Source of the DNA: Candidatus Tayloriibacteriota bacterium
GTDB lineage: Bacteria > Patescibacteriota > Minisyncoccia > Phycocordibacterales > PALSA-1337
Assembly: GCA_016215455.1 (NCBI GenBank)
Contig: JACRJP010000002.1
Coordinates: 151,622 to 215,621 of the forward strand
Direction of reading: 5' to 3'
Length of the DNA: 64,000 bases
Below are positions 1 to 9,928 of the stretch, piece by piece; within the stretch, counting starts at the first letter, position 1; the number at the start of each line of letters is the position of its first letter. The position numbers and the translations under genes are program-made. The notes below the pieces were generated by a model that was not told the origin of the DNA, ran no database searches, and saw only the letters and a program-made list of their open reading frames with translations.

Positions 1-908
1 TGGATACTACAAAAATGTGAGCTTCTACCAGCAATCATTTTACGGAGAATTTTTCCTTTGCATCCTGGCTTACTACATAATGTACCTGTTTTTCGATATG
101 CACGATGAGTTTCTTGAAACTTACCCCGTTCTCCATGAATATTTCGATAGTCAGACATTGAATCGCCACCGAAGTCGATTCCTTGCATAAGAGTGGTTCG
201 AATTGCTGTGTAGAGTTTTTTTAGATAGGGAAGCGAGATGGTCTCGACGGGTTGTTCTGGGTGTATCCCTGCTCGCCACAATGATTCATCTGCATAGATA
301 TTACCGATGCCTGCGATAATACTTTGATCCATGAGCGTTGGTTTTATTTTCCCCTGAGGTTTTGTTCTGAGTTGTGATCGAAATACTTCGAAAGAGAATT
401 CTTTTTCAAGTGGTTCAGGACCAATATCCTTGAGATGATTTGTTGTTGTGTGATGGTGGTGGGGGATGAAGGTTACTTTGGCAAATTTTCTCATATCAGA
501 GAGCGCTACGTGTCGTTTATTGGAAAGAGTGAGGACAAAGTGGATAAAGCGATTGAAAGGATCTTTGAGAGGTCCTTCTTCGATTGGTGTCCAAGAATTC
601 TTTGAATTAAAGGCATATTTTCCATAGAGCATATGTCCAGTCATTTTCATATGAACGAGGATGCTACCTATTTCTGTACCATCACGTGTGAGGTGGATTA
701 GGATATTTTTAGCACGACGACTCACATGAGAGATCGTGCTTCCAACTACCTCTTTTTTGAACTTTTTGAAGTATGTAGGGTTTTTAATTGAGTCTTTTCC
801 TTCAAAAAATTTACTATTATAGTCAGTCCATACATCAGTGATGACTAAGTCTCGGATGTGAGTATCGAGACCGTGGGTGGTTGTTTGGACCTCGGGTAAT
901 TCTGGCAT
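1..908 (-). CDS. mutM: Formamidopyrimidine-DNA glycosylase (Fpg/MutM), 3' end cut by window edge
   Basis: Not in ORF track. Minus-strand ATG at 908 reads MPELPEVQT; contains HMKMTG, GIGNIYADES (H2TH) and the start of the C-terminal zinc finger (GRSSHFC). Confidence 0.95.
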   Translation of the reverse strand, partial: MPELPEVQTTTHGLDTHIRDLVITDVWTDYNSKFFEGKDSIKNPTYFKKFKKEVVGSTISHVSRRAKNILIHLTRDGTEIGSILVHMKMTGHMLYGKYAFNSKNSWTPIEEGPLKDPFNRFIHFVLTLSNKRHVALSDMRKFAKVTFIPHHHHTTTNHLKDIGPEPLEKEFSFEVFRSQLRTKPQGKIKPTLMDQSIIAGIGNIYADESLWRAGIHPEQPVETISLPYLKKLYTAIRTTLMQGIDFGGDSMSDYRNIHGERGKFQETHRAYRKTGTLCSKPGCKGKILRKMIAGRSSHFCSI

Positions 909-935
909 ATACTATATATACCACATTACATCTCA

Positions 936-2189
936 ATGAAACATAAAGTTCTTCTTACTGCACTTATTATTTTCCTAGGATCAGTATCTGGAGTCATCTC
1001 TGTTGATACGTTTGAAAAAACCATAGCAAACATTCAGACTGGTATGTATAACGCTGCGGGAGTATTTTTTGTCGATAGTATTACAGTATCTTCGTTACAT
1101 GCTAATTATAAAAATGCAGACAAGGTGAGTGTTGATGTGAATGGTCAAAAGGTATCAGACAAAATTAAAATTCTCATCGTTCCAGGACATGAACCAAACT
1201 ATGGAGGTACTGAATATCGTAATCTCAAAGAACGTGACATTGTTGTTGATATTGCCGACAACCTCGCAACTATTCTTCGGACAAATCCCCGCTATGAAGT
1301 GATTGTGGCTCGTGATAAGAATGGATGGAATCCTATACTTGATGAATACTTTAGTCGTGAATGGGAAAATATTCTGGAATGGAAGGAGAAATATAAAGCT
1401 GAAATGATACGACTTGTAGGGCAGGGTCTTGTGAAGATTCACACTGAAGGAGTAGAACATAATAGTGCCCCAAATGATGTTGCTCGACGACTCTACGGTA
1501 TTAATAAATGGACAGTTGAGAATAATGTAGATATCGCTCTGCACTTACATATTAATGACAATCCTCGTAGTAATACCCGAAACCCTGGAAAATATTCTGG
1601 TTTTACGATCTATGTTCCTGAACGTCAGTATTCAAATGCAAAAGCGACGGGAGCTGTTGCGGATACTGTTTCTCGTCGACTTTCAAAATATTTTGCTACA
1701 AGTAATCTACCTCAAGAATCAGATGGTATTGTTGAAGATCAGGAATTGGTAGCAATTGGTCGACATAATACTGTCGATGCAGTAAGTATGCTCATTGAAT
1801 ATGGGTATATATATGAACCTCAGTATGAAGAGAAAGATATTCGAGATCTTATTGTAAAAGAATATGCACTGAGTACATATCTTGGTATCCAAGATTTTTT
1901 TGGTGCCCCGAATGCAAAAATTGATGGAGCGGACTCATTCCTTCTCTCTCAGAAGTTGACTCATGGAGGACCAACGGATATTTTAGCGGTGCAGTTTATA
2001 CTTGCACATAAAGGGTACTATCCTCCTTCAGGTAAAACTAAAAATGAATGTGGAATGACGGGTATTCTTGGTCCATGCACATTAACAGCACTTCAAAAAT
2101 TTCAGCACGATCAAGGTATTTCGGATGAGACGGGAAGAGTAGGTGAAAAAACTCAGAAAGCTCTCTATACGGTTACTTCTATTCAGTAG
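936..2189 (+). CDS. N-acetylmuramoyl-L-alanine amidase (Amidase_3) with C-terminal peptidoglycan-binding domain
   Basis: Signal/anchor peptide; ILIVPGH..E, HLHIND and LIEYGYI zinc-amidase motifs; C-terminal TGILGPCTLTALQKFQ PG-binding motif. Confidence 0.85.
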   Translation: MKHKVLLTALIIFLGSVSGVISVDTFEKTIANIQTGMYNAAGVFFVDSITVSSLHANYKNADKVSVDVNGQKVSDKIKILIVPGHEPNYGGTEYRNLKERDIVVDIADNLATILRTNPRYEVIVARDKNGWNPILDEYFSREWENILEWKEKYKAEMIRLVGQGLVKIHTEGVEHNSAPNDVARRLYGINKWTVENNVDIALHLHINDNPRSNTRNPGKYSGFTIYVPERQYSNAKATGAVADTVSRRLSKYFATSNLPQESDGIVEDQELVAIGRHNTVDAVSMLIEYGYIYEPQYEEKDIRDLIVKEYALSTYLGIQDFFGAPNAKIDGADSFLLSQKLTHGGPTDILAVQFILAHKGYYPPSGKTKNECGMTGILGPCTLTALQKFQHDQGISDETGRVGEKTQKALYTVTSIQ

Positions 2190-3456
2190 TGTGACCCGTG
2201 ATTTGGGCGATGAGTTCCTCTCGTGCAACACGAGCATCATCCCAAGGTTCTTTGGTTCCTTTTGGTCCCATGATGTACGGATCAGTTCCTTTGCCAGTAA
2301 TGAGAATGACATCGCCAGTACGAGCCTGAGAAATTGCTTCACGAATAGCAGCTCGTCGATCCATGATGATTACTGGAGTCTGTGAGGTAATACCTTGAGC
2401 TACATCTTTTACAATCTGTTCAGGATCTTCGTCATAGGGATCTTCATTGGTGAGGATGATGCTTTCAGAATATGTATCAGCAATTCGTCCCATCTCTTTT
2501 CGTTTCCAGTTATCACGCCCACCACCTGTACCTCCGAGCACAGCAATGATGCGAGAATTTTCAAAGACCTGATAGAGTTTTTCGAGGGAGTCTGTTGTGT
2601 GGGCATAGTCAACAATGACGGTAAAATCTTGTCCGACATCTATCTTTTCGACACGGCCGCGAATGCCAGTAAACTTTGAGAGAGCTGATCGAATTTGTTC
2701 TTTGGTAATGCTGTGTGCGAGAGCAGCATTTGCAGCGGCCAATACATTGTAGATGTTAAATACACCTGAAAGATGTGATGACATCGCTTCGCCTTGGAAT
2801 GTCATATCAAAACCCTCTTTCTTTAAGGTGTAGGGAAGAGCATCTTCAATACCAAACAATCGTCGTTCATCACATTTGATCTCAAGGAATTTAGAAGATT
2901 CTTTGTCATCTCGATTAATGACGATAGTTTTGTGAGGCTTTTTTGATTTCTCAATTTCTTTCACAATTTCAAGTTTAGCTTTCAGGTATGCATCATACGA
3001 ACCATGAGAATCAATATGTTCAGGTGCGATGTTTGTAAAGACAACTGTATCAAGATCAATATACTTATTTCGATACTGTAAATATCCTTGAGAAGTGATC
3101 TCCATTACTATATGAGTACAACCCGCGTTTACCGCTCGTCGAAGAAGTCTCTGTACCACCATTCGTCCCGGCATCGACATCTTATACATATTATCGATGT
3201 ATTCCTTATCAATTTTAAAATGAATCGTACTTGAAAGAGCTGTTTTGTGACCAGCTTCTTCAAGAAATGCATTAATGAGTTCAACTGTTGAACTTTTGCC
3301 TTTGGTACCGGTAACTCCAATTACTGTAATGTGTCGAGAAGGGAATCGATATATAAGGGCACCAGCTAAAGCTAGTATTCGATGATATGTAGGTTGAGCC
3401 CATGTAAAGATGGGTGTTGGAATGATTGTTTGAATGGTACGGAGAAATTGTTCCAT
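2179..3456 (-). CDS. murE: UDP-N-acetylmuramoyl-tripeptide synthetase (MurE family)
   Basis: GVTGTKGKSST P-loop, FTNIAPEHIDSH, VDYAHT, GKG motifs. Confidence 0.9.
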   Translation of the reverse strand: MEQFLRTIQTIIPTPIFTWAQPTYHRILALAGALIYRFPSRHITVIGVTGTKGKSSTVELINAFLEEAGHKTALSSTIHFKIDKEYIDNMYKMSMPGRMVVQRLLRRAVNAGCTHIVMEITSQGYLQYRNKYIDLDTVVFTNIAPEHIDSHGSYDAYLKAKLEIVKEIEKSKKPHKTIVINRDDKESSKFLEIKCDERRLFGIEDALPYTLKKEGFDMTFQGEAMSSHLSGVFNIYNVLAAANAALAHSITKEQIRSALSKFTGIRGRVEKIDVGQDFTVIVDYAHTTDSLEKLYQVFENSRIIAVLGGTGGGRDNWKRKEMGRIADTYSESIILTNEDPYDEDPEQIVKDVAQGITSQTPVIIMDRRAAIREAISQARTGDVILITGKGTDPYIMGPKGTKEPWDDARVAREELIAQITGHTTE

Positions 3457-4031
3457 TAGTTGAGAATTTTAAGAGCGGCTTTGACGCGTGCTCCGGTATC
3501 GGTAACAGATCGATCGATTTTTTTGAGAGCATCGCGTATTTCTGCAGGGGAATAGCCAAGAGATTTGAGTGCCTCAATGGTGTCATTATCAGTTGAGCGT
3601 GCCTCTGCATTATTTTCGTGTCCAATATCATCCACCTTATCCTTCAGTTCAAGAACAATCTTTTCGGCGTTTTTCTTTCCAATTCCTGATACTTTGGTGA
3701 GGAGGGAGGTATCATTTTGATGAATTGCTGATTGAATCATGTCGATTGAGGCGACACTAAGGATTCCGAGAGCTGTCTTTGGTCCAATTCCTGATACGGT
3801 AATGAGAAGTTCAAAAAATGATAATTCATTTCGTGTGGTAAAGCCATATAGATCAAGGGCGGTATCTCGAACTACGAGATATGTCCAGAGGGTGATCTCA
3901 GTGTTTTTTGATTCACTTGTTTTGAGAAGGACGTCAGGAGTCCCGTATACTTTATATCCAACTCCGCCAACATTTAAGATAATGTATTTGAGGTCGTGGT
4001 ATATAACTGTTCCTGTAAGGCTTCCAATCAT
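3456..4031 (-). CDS. ruvA: Holliday junction branch migration protein RuvA
   Basis: MIGSLTG, GVGYKV, LYGF, VSGIGPKTAL HhH, ALKSLGYS. Confidence 0.97.
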   Translation of the reverse strand: MIGSLTGTVIYHDLKYIILNVGGVGYKVYGTPDVLLKTSESKNTEITLWTYLVVRDTALDLYGFTTRNELSFFELLITVSGIGPKTALGILSVASIDMIQSAIHQNDTSLLTKVSGIGKKNAEKIVLELKDKVDDIGHENNAEARSTDNDTIEALKSLGYSPAEIRDALKKIDRSVTDTGARVKAALKILN

Positions 4032-4139
4032 GCACCAATCATATACTAAAGAGGGAATTTTGTCGTTTCAGCCTATCTGTGTAGGCATCTCTTGTATTTT
4101 CTGAAACAGTATGGTACTCTCTTCCTACATACAAATCAT

Positions 4140-4415
4140 ATGCCAATCACGTCATCAGCCAAAAAAGCACTCCGTGCATCAAAGAAAAAGCGAGTATATA
4201 ACCTCCGCCGAAAGAGTACGATGGATGCAGTTGTTAAGGATTTCCAGAAGTTCGTATCTGACAAGAAGGTAAAGGAAGCTATCGCTCTTCTCCCAGCTCT
4301 CTATAAAGCAGCAGACAAGGCAGCAAAGACAAACTTCATCAAGAAGAATGCAGCAGCCCGCATCAAGTCTCGAGCAGTCGCTCTTGTACGAAAGCTAGAA
4401 GCAAAGACTAAGTAA
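4140..4415 (+). CDS. rpsT: 30S ribosomal protein S20
   Basis: MPITSSAKKALR...DKAAK..IKKNAAARIKSR; start moved to ATG 4140. Confidence 0.96.
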   Translation: MPITSSAKKALRASKKKRVYNLRRKSTMDAVVKDFQKFVSDKKVKEAIALLPALYKAADKAAKTNFIKKNAAARIKSRAVALVRKLEAKTK

Positions 4416-4418
4416 CTC

Positions 4419-4456
4419 AACAATAAAAAACCACCCTAGGGTGGTTTTTTATTGTT
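4419..4456. terminator. Bidirectional intrinsic terminator between rpsT and tRNA-Arg
   Basis: Perfect inverted repeat AACAATAAAAAACCACCC-TA-GGGTGGTTTTTTATTGTT. Confidence 0.9.
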
Positions 4457-4468
4457 TGGATTATTTAA

Positions 4469-4543
4469 TGGTGCCCCTGCGTGGAATCGAACCACGATTT
4501 TGAGTTCCGCAAACTCATGTCCTATCCGTTGAACGACAAGGGC
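4469..4543 (-). tRNA. tRNA-Arg(GCG), CCA encoded
   Basis: Cloverleaf; anticodon arm TGAGT-TTGCGGA-ACTCA; GGTTCGATTCC T-arm. Confidence 0.93.
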
Positions 4544-4587
4544 GTTTTGTCGCACTACATTATCACACTTTTAACATTTTACAAAAA

Positions 4588-5049
4588 CTAAAAACCAAGC
4601 CAATCAAAGACTTTATGAAGAACTGGCTCAGGGTGTTCTACTTCAGCAATATAGTTGAGTAATACCGAACGCACATCTTCGGGGTGTACATTCAAGAGGG
4701 GAATGACAAGGTAAGGCATAAGTGCCTTGTGAGATTTGATGACAAGCTTTGGAGTGTGATGAAGCACATCAACCCAGAATGATTCGAGTCCTAAAAAGGG
4801 ATAGAGTGTCTTATTAATAATAATCCCACGGTCATTAATCTCACATTCAAGCTTGTTTGGATCACGAGATACTTTGATAACTAAAGCAAAAGCAGAGACA
4901 ATAACAAGAATTCCAAATATTGCATTATCAAAAATAAAAGCGAGTACTGCGATAGTGAGGGTGATGATTCCTACAGCCCAATACCAATCCATGCCGCGGA
5001 CGTAGTCAACATGTTCGGGAGTTTCCCATTGAATCAAAGGTTCAAGCAT
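4588..5049 (-). CDS. Conserved hypothetical membrane protein (2 TM plus small soluble domain)
   Basis: WYW then two hydrophobic helices; TGn-TACAAT 6 nt before ATG. Confidence 0.75.
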   Translation of the reverse strand: MLEPLIQWETPEHVDYVRGMDWYWAVGIITLTIAVLAFIFDNAIFGILVIVSAFALVIKVSRDPNKLECEINDRGIIINKTLYPFLGLESFWVDVLHHTPKLVIKSHKALMPYLVIPLLNVHPEDVRSVLLNYIAEVEHPEPVLHKVFDWLGF

Positions 5050-5112
5050 AAGAATATTGTATCACAGGGCTGTCGAGTATCCTGTGAATTCGCCTCGTGT
5101 TAATATTTGCTC

Positions 5113-5664
5113 ATGAAAATAGCATTTGTCGGACAACCTGCTGTTGGAAAAGATGCTGTTGCTGAGTATATTGCTCGACATTATAAACTTACACATATTT
5201 CTAGTGGAGATTTGATACGAGCGTACGTTACGGAAAATAATCTTGGAGGCCTCGATCGTACAAATTTACAGGTTGTGGGGAATAAGCTCCGTGCTCAGTA
5301 CGGGGGAGACTATCTTGTTGTGTTAGCTCTAAGAAAAACCCCTGACAATCTTATTCTCACAGGTCTACGAACAATAGATGAGGTAGAGACATTCAAAAAA
5401 ACAGGAGGTACTGTCATTGCTATCACAGCTCCGATAGAATTTCGTTATCAACTCGCTAAGAAGCGTGGGCGTATTGGAGAAAACATTTCTTTCGAAGAAT
5501 TTAAAAATATTGAAGAACAAGAAGCTCAGAACCCTGATCGAAATTCACAGAATGTTAATCAAGTTATTGGAATGGCAACTATTGAAGTTGTAAATGAAGG
5601 AACTCTCGAAGAACTTTTTGAAAAGGTGAAAAGGGTAGTTGATGGTATGAGGGTGTCTCAGTAG
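5113..5664 (+). CDS. P-loop nucleotide kinase (dephospho-CoA kinase/UPF0200-like)
   Basis: GQPAVGKD Walker A, SSGDLIR, GLRTIDE, RGR lid, NEGTLEEL. Confidence 0.8.
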   Translation: MKIAFVGQPAVGKDAVAEYIARHYKLTHISSGDLIRAYVTENNLGGLDRTNLQVVGNKLRAQYGGDYLVVLALRKTPDNLILTGLRTIDEVETFKKTGGTVIAITAPIEFRYQLAKKRGRIGENISFEEFKNIEEQEAQNPDRNSQNVNQVIGMATIEVVNEGTLEELFEKVKRVVDGMRVSQ

Positions 5665-5677
5665 ATGCTTTATTTTG

Positions 5678-5764
5678 CGGATGGGGTGAGATTCGAACTC
5701 ACGGCCCCCTTGCGAGGGCGACAGTTTTCAAGACTGTTCCATTAGACCACTCTGGCACCCATCC
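5678..5764 (-). tRNA. tRNA-Ser(TGA)
   Basis: Anticodon arm ACAGT-CTTGAAA-ACTGT, long variable arm, GTTCGAATC. Confidence 0.95.
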
Positions 5765-5850
5765 GTGTATGGCCCGTATCATAGCAAAAACGAGCAAAAA
5801 AGCCAACATTTGTGCTATTTTTATTGCCTGCTATACTCGTGGTATTGAAT

Positions 5851-6243
5851 ATGAAATATCTCGGCATTGATTATGGTGAAAAAAGAGTAGGTGTAGCAAT
5901 TTCTGATGAGATGGCAGCTTTCGCTTTTCCATATGAAATTGTAAAAAATTCACCACACCTCATTTCTGATATTGCAGCTATTTGTACCAAAGAGGGGATT
6001 GGAGAAATTATTGTAGGTGAATCAAATGACTATAACGGTGTACCAAATGCAATTATGAAAAAGACAAATGAGTTTGTAGCTCAACTCGGTGCAGTAACTA
6101 AAATTCCTGTACGTCTTGAACTTGAATTTATGACGTCGGCTCATGCTGCTCGAGGACAAGGTGAACATAAGCTTCTTGATGCGTCTGCTGCTGCACTCAT
6201 TCTCCAAAGCTTTCTTGATCGTCGCAAGAATGGTGTTGTCTAA
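5851..6243 (+). CDS. yqgF: YqgF/RuvX pre-16S rRNA nuclease
   Basis: LGIDYGEKRVGVAISD, EFMTS, DASAAALILQSFLD. Confidence 0.92.
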   Translation: MKYLGIDYGEKRVGVAISDEMAAFAFPYEIVKNSPHLISDIAAICTKEGIGEIIVGESNDYNGVPNAIMKKTNEFVAQLGAVTKIPVRLELEFMTSAHAARGQGEHKLLDASAAALILQSFLDRRKNGVV

Positions 6244-6264
6244 GATTTACTATATACTATCTCT

Positions 6265-6654
6265 ATGATTACGTATGATGATTTTGCAAAAGTAGAAATA
6301 CGAGCAGGAAAGATTCTTTCGGCAGAAAAGATTCCTGATACGAATAAGCTTCTCAAGCTTCAAGTTGATTTTAATGAAAAGAACGCAGAAGGTGTTTCGG
6401 TTCCTCGCCAGATTATCTCGGGTATTGCAATGTATTTTCCTGATCCTGCGGTACTTGTGGGTAAGACGTGTATGTTCGTAACAAATCTTGAGCCGCGTAT
6501 GATTAAGGGGTATGAAAGTAATGGAATGTTGTTCGCACTTTCAACTCCAGGAGTGCCAATTGTTGCCGAAGATGGAACTACAACTCCGACAGTAGGTAAC
6601 TTCTCACTTCTTGAACCAAACGATTCTATACCACCAGGTACAAAAGCATGCTAA
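6265..6654 (+). CDS. Free-standing OB-fold tRNA-binding protein (Trbp111/CsaA/MetRS C-terminal-like)
   Basis: ITYDDFAKVEIRAG, RQIISGIA, NLEPR..GYESNGM. Confidence 0.9.
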   Translation: MITYDDFAKVEIRAGKILSAEKIPDTNKLLKLQVDFNEKNAEGVSVPRQIISGIAMYFPDPAVLVGKTCMFVTNLEPRMIKGYESNGMLFALSTPGVPIVAEDGTTTPTVGNFSLLEPNDSIPPGTKAC

Positions 6655-7244
6655 AGATTATTGATCCAACATTTATTATTCAAACAGCAGGGGCACTCGG
6701 TGTTATCTTGATTGTATTTGCTGAGTCAGGGCTTTTTTTTGGGTTTTTCTTACCTGGTGATTCTCTTCTTTTTACAGCTGCACTTTTTGCATCACAAGGA
6801 TATCTCAATATCTGGATTTTATATGTAGGATGTCTAGTTGCTGCAATCGTCGGTGATTCGGTCGGGTATAGTTTTGGAAAAAAGATTGGTCCTGCACTAT
6901 TTACTAAAGAAGACTCATTATTTTTTAATAAGAAGCATATAGCACGAGCACAACATTTTTATGAAGTTCATGGAAAGAAAACCATTATTATTGCTCGTTT
7001 TATACCAATTGTTCGTACGTTTGCTCCGATTGTAGCGGGGATAGGGAATATGAAATATCGGACATTTCTTTCATACAATGTTATTGGTGGCTTTATTTGG
7101 GTTACCGGTTTCTTGGGACTCGGATATGTTCTCGGTGCTACAGTTCCGGGTATTGATAAGTATCTTCATTACATAGTTCTTGGGATTATTGTTCTTTCTT
7201 TTATACCCCCGGTTATACACGTCCTCAAGGAACGCAAAATGTAG
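6648..7244 (+). CDS. dedA: DedA/VTT family membrane protein
   Basis: FAESGLFFGFFLPGDSLLF, ARFIPIVRTFAP. Confidence 0.93.
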   Translation: MLKIIDPTFIIQTAGALGVILIVFAESGLFFGFFLPGDSLLFTAALFASQGYLNIWILYVGCLVAAIVGDSVGYSFGKKIGPALFTKEDSLFFNKKHIARAQHFYEVHGKKTIIIARFIPIVRTFAPIVAGIGNMKYRTFLSYNVIGGFIWVTGFLGLGYVLGATVPGIDKYLHYIVLGIIVLSFIPPVIHVLKERKM

Positions 7245-7268
7245 TACAATAGAGCTACAAACAGCTCT

Positions 7269-8342
7269 ATGGCATCGCTTTTTTATAAACTTTTTCCAAC
7301 ACCGGCACTTCTACATGTTCCACATGTAGGTCTTGATATCTCTGATGACATGATTCGTGTTATTCAATTTGATACGGTTGGAGCTCATACAAAAATAAAG
7401 TTTGTTGGTGAACGACCTCTTCCTTCTGGTGTCATTGACGCAGGATATATTACTAATGAGCAGGCTTTAACAACCGAGATTTCAAGTTTGCTTAAAGATT
7501 ACAATTTTACGTACGCACAGGTGTCGCTTCCGGAAGAGAAGATGTATGTGTTTACTCTTGAAGTTTCTGGTACAACTGATGAAGAGATACGAAACTCAAT
7601 AGAATTTCATCTTGAAGAAAATGTACCGATTCCACCAAGTCAGGCCGTTTTTGAGTATGAATCAATTGAATGGAAGGATGAGGTGTGTACAAAAGTGAGT
7701 GTTGTTGTGTTCCCACAAAAAACAGTCGATACCTACCTCACGGCAGTTGAGAGAGCAGGAGTGAAGGTAATTGGATTTTTGAGTCAGCCACAGGCCATTG
7801 TACGATCGGTGGTTCCTTCACATAGTCCACATGCGGTTCTTGTTGTTCACATCTCTGAAACTAAGACAAGTGTGGTTGTTGCAGTTGATCATGTAATTCG
7901 TTTTAGTTCGACAATTGCAATCGGAGGAGCATCGATCACTGAAGCAATCAAGAAAAATTTCAGTGCTTCTGATGCAAAAGATTCTAATATTCAAATATTG
8001 CGTCAGCAGTCACTCATGGATGCAAAGAAAGGGAAGGAGGTGTTTGGTGCGGCAATGAATATCTTTTCTGCAATTAAGGATGAGGTGCAAAAGGTGTATT
8101 CATACTGGCAGACACATTCAAATGACAACGCAGGTATATCAGAAATCATTCTTTCAGGGCAGGACGTAACTCTTCCTGGTCTTGATATGTATATGTCGTC
8201 TGTGATTAAGGTTCCTACACGGATTGCTGATGTTTGGGTAAATTCAGGTGTAGGATTGCCTGTACATGAGCTTGAATTTATCAAAGCCCTTGATTACCCA
8301 GCTGCGATTGGATTAGCTTTTTCATCTGAAAAAATATCATGA
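7269..8342 (+). CDS. pilM: Type IV pilus assembly protein PilM (actin-like fold)
   Basis: VGLDISD, IGGASITEAI, IILSG, PAAIGLA. Confidence 0.85.
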   Translation: MASLFYKLFPTPALLHVPHVGLDISDDMIRVIQFDTVGAHTKIKFVGERPLPSGVIDAGYITNEQALTTEISSLLKDYNFTYAQVSLPEEKMYVFTLEVSGTTDEEIRNSIEFHLEENVPIPPSQAVFEYESIEWKDEVCTKVSVVVFPQKTVDTYLTAVERAGVKVIGFLSQPQAIVRSVVPSHSPHAVLVVHISETKTSVVVAVDHVIRFSSTIAIGGASITEAIKKNFSASDAKDSNIQILRQQSLMDAKKGKEVFGAAMNIFSAIKDEVQKVYSYWQTHSNDNAGISEIILSGQDVTLPGLDMYMSSVIKVPTRIADVWVNSGVGLPVHELEFIKALDYPAAIGLAFSSEKIS

Positions 8343-8890
8343 TGTATTCTTTTCTTCCTGAAATGTATAAGGCGACATTGCGAAAAGAGTATATCTCACG
8401 ACTCCTGACAATTTTGTTTTGTGCTATTGCCACGGCTGTTATTATCGGTGACATTGCTCTCGTACCTTCTGTTGTAGTATCGCGTAGCAAAAAAGTTGAG
8501 CTTGAAAATAGCCTTAGTCAAAATACACAAACGGCTTCGAGCTCGGTGTTTACACAGGTTAATACTGAAATAGATCGAGTGGATTCTTTGTTAAGCCACG
8601 TTACACTCTCACCAGTATCTCTTCCTGAGATTGTTATGGATATTGTATCTCGCAAGAACGCAGGCATTAGAATCAGGGAGTTTTTGGTATCATCTGATGC
8701 AGAAGGATACCATGTTTCAATAACCGCTATTGCTGATACACGTGATACATTAATAACTTTCAAGAAAGCTCTTGAACTCGATCCAAAGGTTACTAAGGTT
8801 GAGTTGCCTGTGTCAGATCTTGCTAAGAGTAAAAATATCTCTTTTGTGATTAAGGTCTCGGGTACAATAGAAAAAACTCCCCATGAATAA
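8339..8890 (+). CDS. pilN: PilN-like protein
   Basis: N-terminal SFLP motif, one TM, coiled coil, ferredoxin-like end; directly follows pilM. Confidence 0.7.
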   Translation: MMYSFLPEMYKATLRKEYISRLLTILFCAIATAVIIGDIALVPSVVVSRSKKVELENSLSQNTQTASSSVFTQVNTEIDRVDSLLSHVTLSPVSLPEIVMDIVSRKNAGIRIREFLVSSDAEGYHVSITAIADTRDTLITFKKALELDPKVTKVELPVSDLAKSKNISFVIKVSGTIEKTPHE

Positions 8891-9455
8891 AAATTCTCGC
8901 CACACAATTCTTTTGGTTACTTCAATTGTGATTACAATAATTCTCATTGCTGTTGGACTACTTTTATATCAAAGAATTTCTACATATCGATCAGATATCG
9001 GTCGTTTGTCAGGGGAGATTGAGATCGCGGCTCGTCAAGAAGAGGGAGCAAAGAAACTTCTTAAAGATTTTAAAGACACTGAAGATTCACGAGCTGCTCT
9101 AGTTTCATACTTTGTTTCAGATGATAAGATTGTGAATTTTATTCAAGTACTTGAAGCAACTGGTCCTAAGGTTGGCGCTCAAGCTGAGATCATGAGTCTT
9201 GATGCAGAGGATTCTACGGGCAAAGAAAAAGGTACGGTTACCTCAGCTCGTATTCGTCTCGAAGTACGAGGTTCGTGGTCAACGGTACTTCGTTATGTTA
9301 TGGCTGTTGAACGTTTGCCGTATGTTGTTGCAATAAATAATCTTAGTCTCCGAAATCTCGGAGGTATTCCAGCTGATGGTTCGCTCACACCTGTTAAAAA
9401 TCAGTCGTCTCAGTGGGTAGCAAATTTCGAACTTTCGATTCAGAAAATATTGTAA
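8883..9455 (+). CDS. pilO: PilO-like protein
   Basis: One TM, coiled coil, VRGSWSTVLRYVMAVERLPY; position in pilMNO. Confidence 0.7.
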   Translation: MNKNSRHTILLVTSIVITIILIAVGLLLYQRISTYRSDIGRLSGEIEIAARQEEGAKKLLKDFKDTEDSRAALVSYFVSDDKIVNFIQVLEATGPKVGAQAEIMSLDAEDSTGKEKGTVTSARIRLEVRGSWSTVLRYVMAVERLPYVVAINNLSLRNLGGIPADGSLTPVKNQSSQWVANFELSIQKIL

Positions 9456-9459
9456 ATAT

Positions 9460-9768
9460 ATGAAATCATTCACTTCTCTTAAAAACTTTTTTACAAAGCA
9501 TGGTCGGAATACTTGGCGAATTGGTCATAATCCTGATATAGATTGGGCTATTGTATTTATTCTTGGATGTATTATTTCTATCATATATACAGGGTGGGCA
9601 GTGACTCTCTACCAAAGTGTTGCTTCAGGAGATTTCTTTAGCAAAGAAGACGTAGCTCCTCAAGTAAAGAAAGTGCTTGATATTAAAAAACTCACTTCGG
9701 TTAACGACCATTTCCAAGCTGTTAAAGCGGAACCAATTCCTACAGTTACTGTTGGTGAACCGATATAG
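9460..9768 (+). CDS. Single-TM hypothetical protein at end of pilMNO operon
   Basis: 4 bp after pilO; one hydrophobic helix. Confidence 0.65.
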   Translation: MKSFTSLKNFFTKHGRNTWRIGHNPDIDWAIVFILGCIISIIYTGWAVTLYQSVASGDFFSKEDVAPQVKKVLDIKKLTSVNDHFQAVKAEPIPTVTVGEPI

Positions 9769-9818
9769 GTCACAACAAACGTTGTTTTTCGGTGTTATTT
9801 TGGTATAGTGGCCACATC

Positions 9819-9890
9819 GCCCTTGTAGTTCAATGGATAGAACAGCGGACTTCTAAGCCGTTAATGTTGGTTCGATTCCAACCAAGGGCA
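9819..9890 (+). tRNA. tRNA-Arg(TCT)
   Basis: Cloverleaf, loop CTTCTAA, GGTTCGATTCC. Confidence 0.92.
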
Positions 9891-9928
9891 CATGCTAGTG
9901 TTTGATGAAATAAAAATTAAGAAAAGCA

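Noticed and set aside
9845-9862. A31-G39 mismatch in the tRNA-Arg(TCT) anticodon stem
   Set aside because: A single mismatch in an otherwise canonical tRNA; not enough to call a pseudogene or editing.
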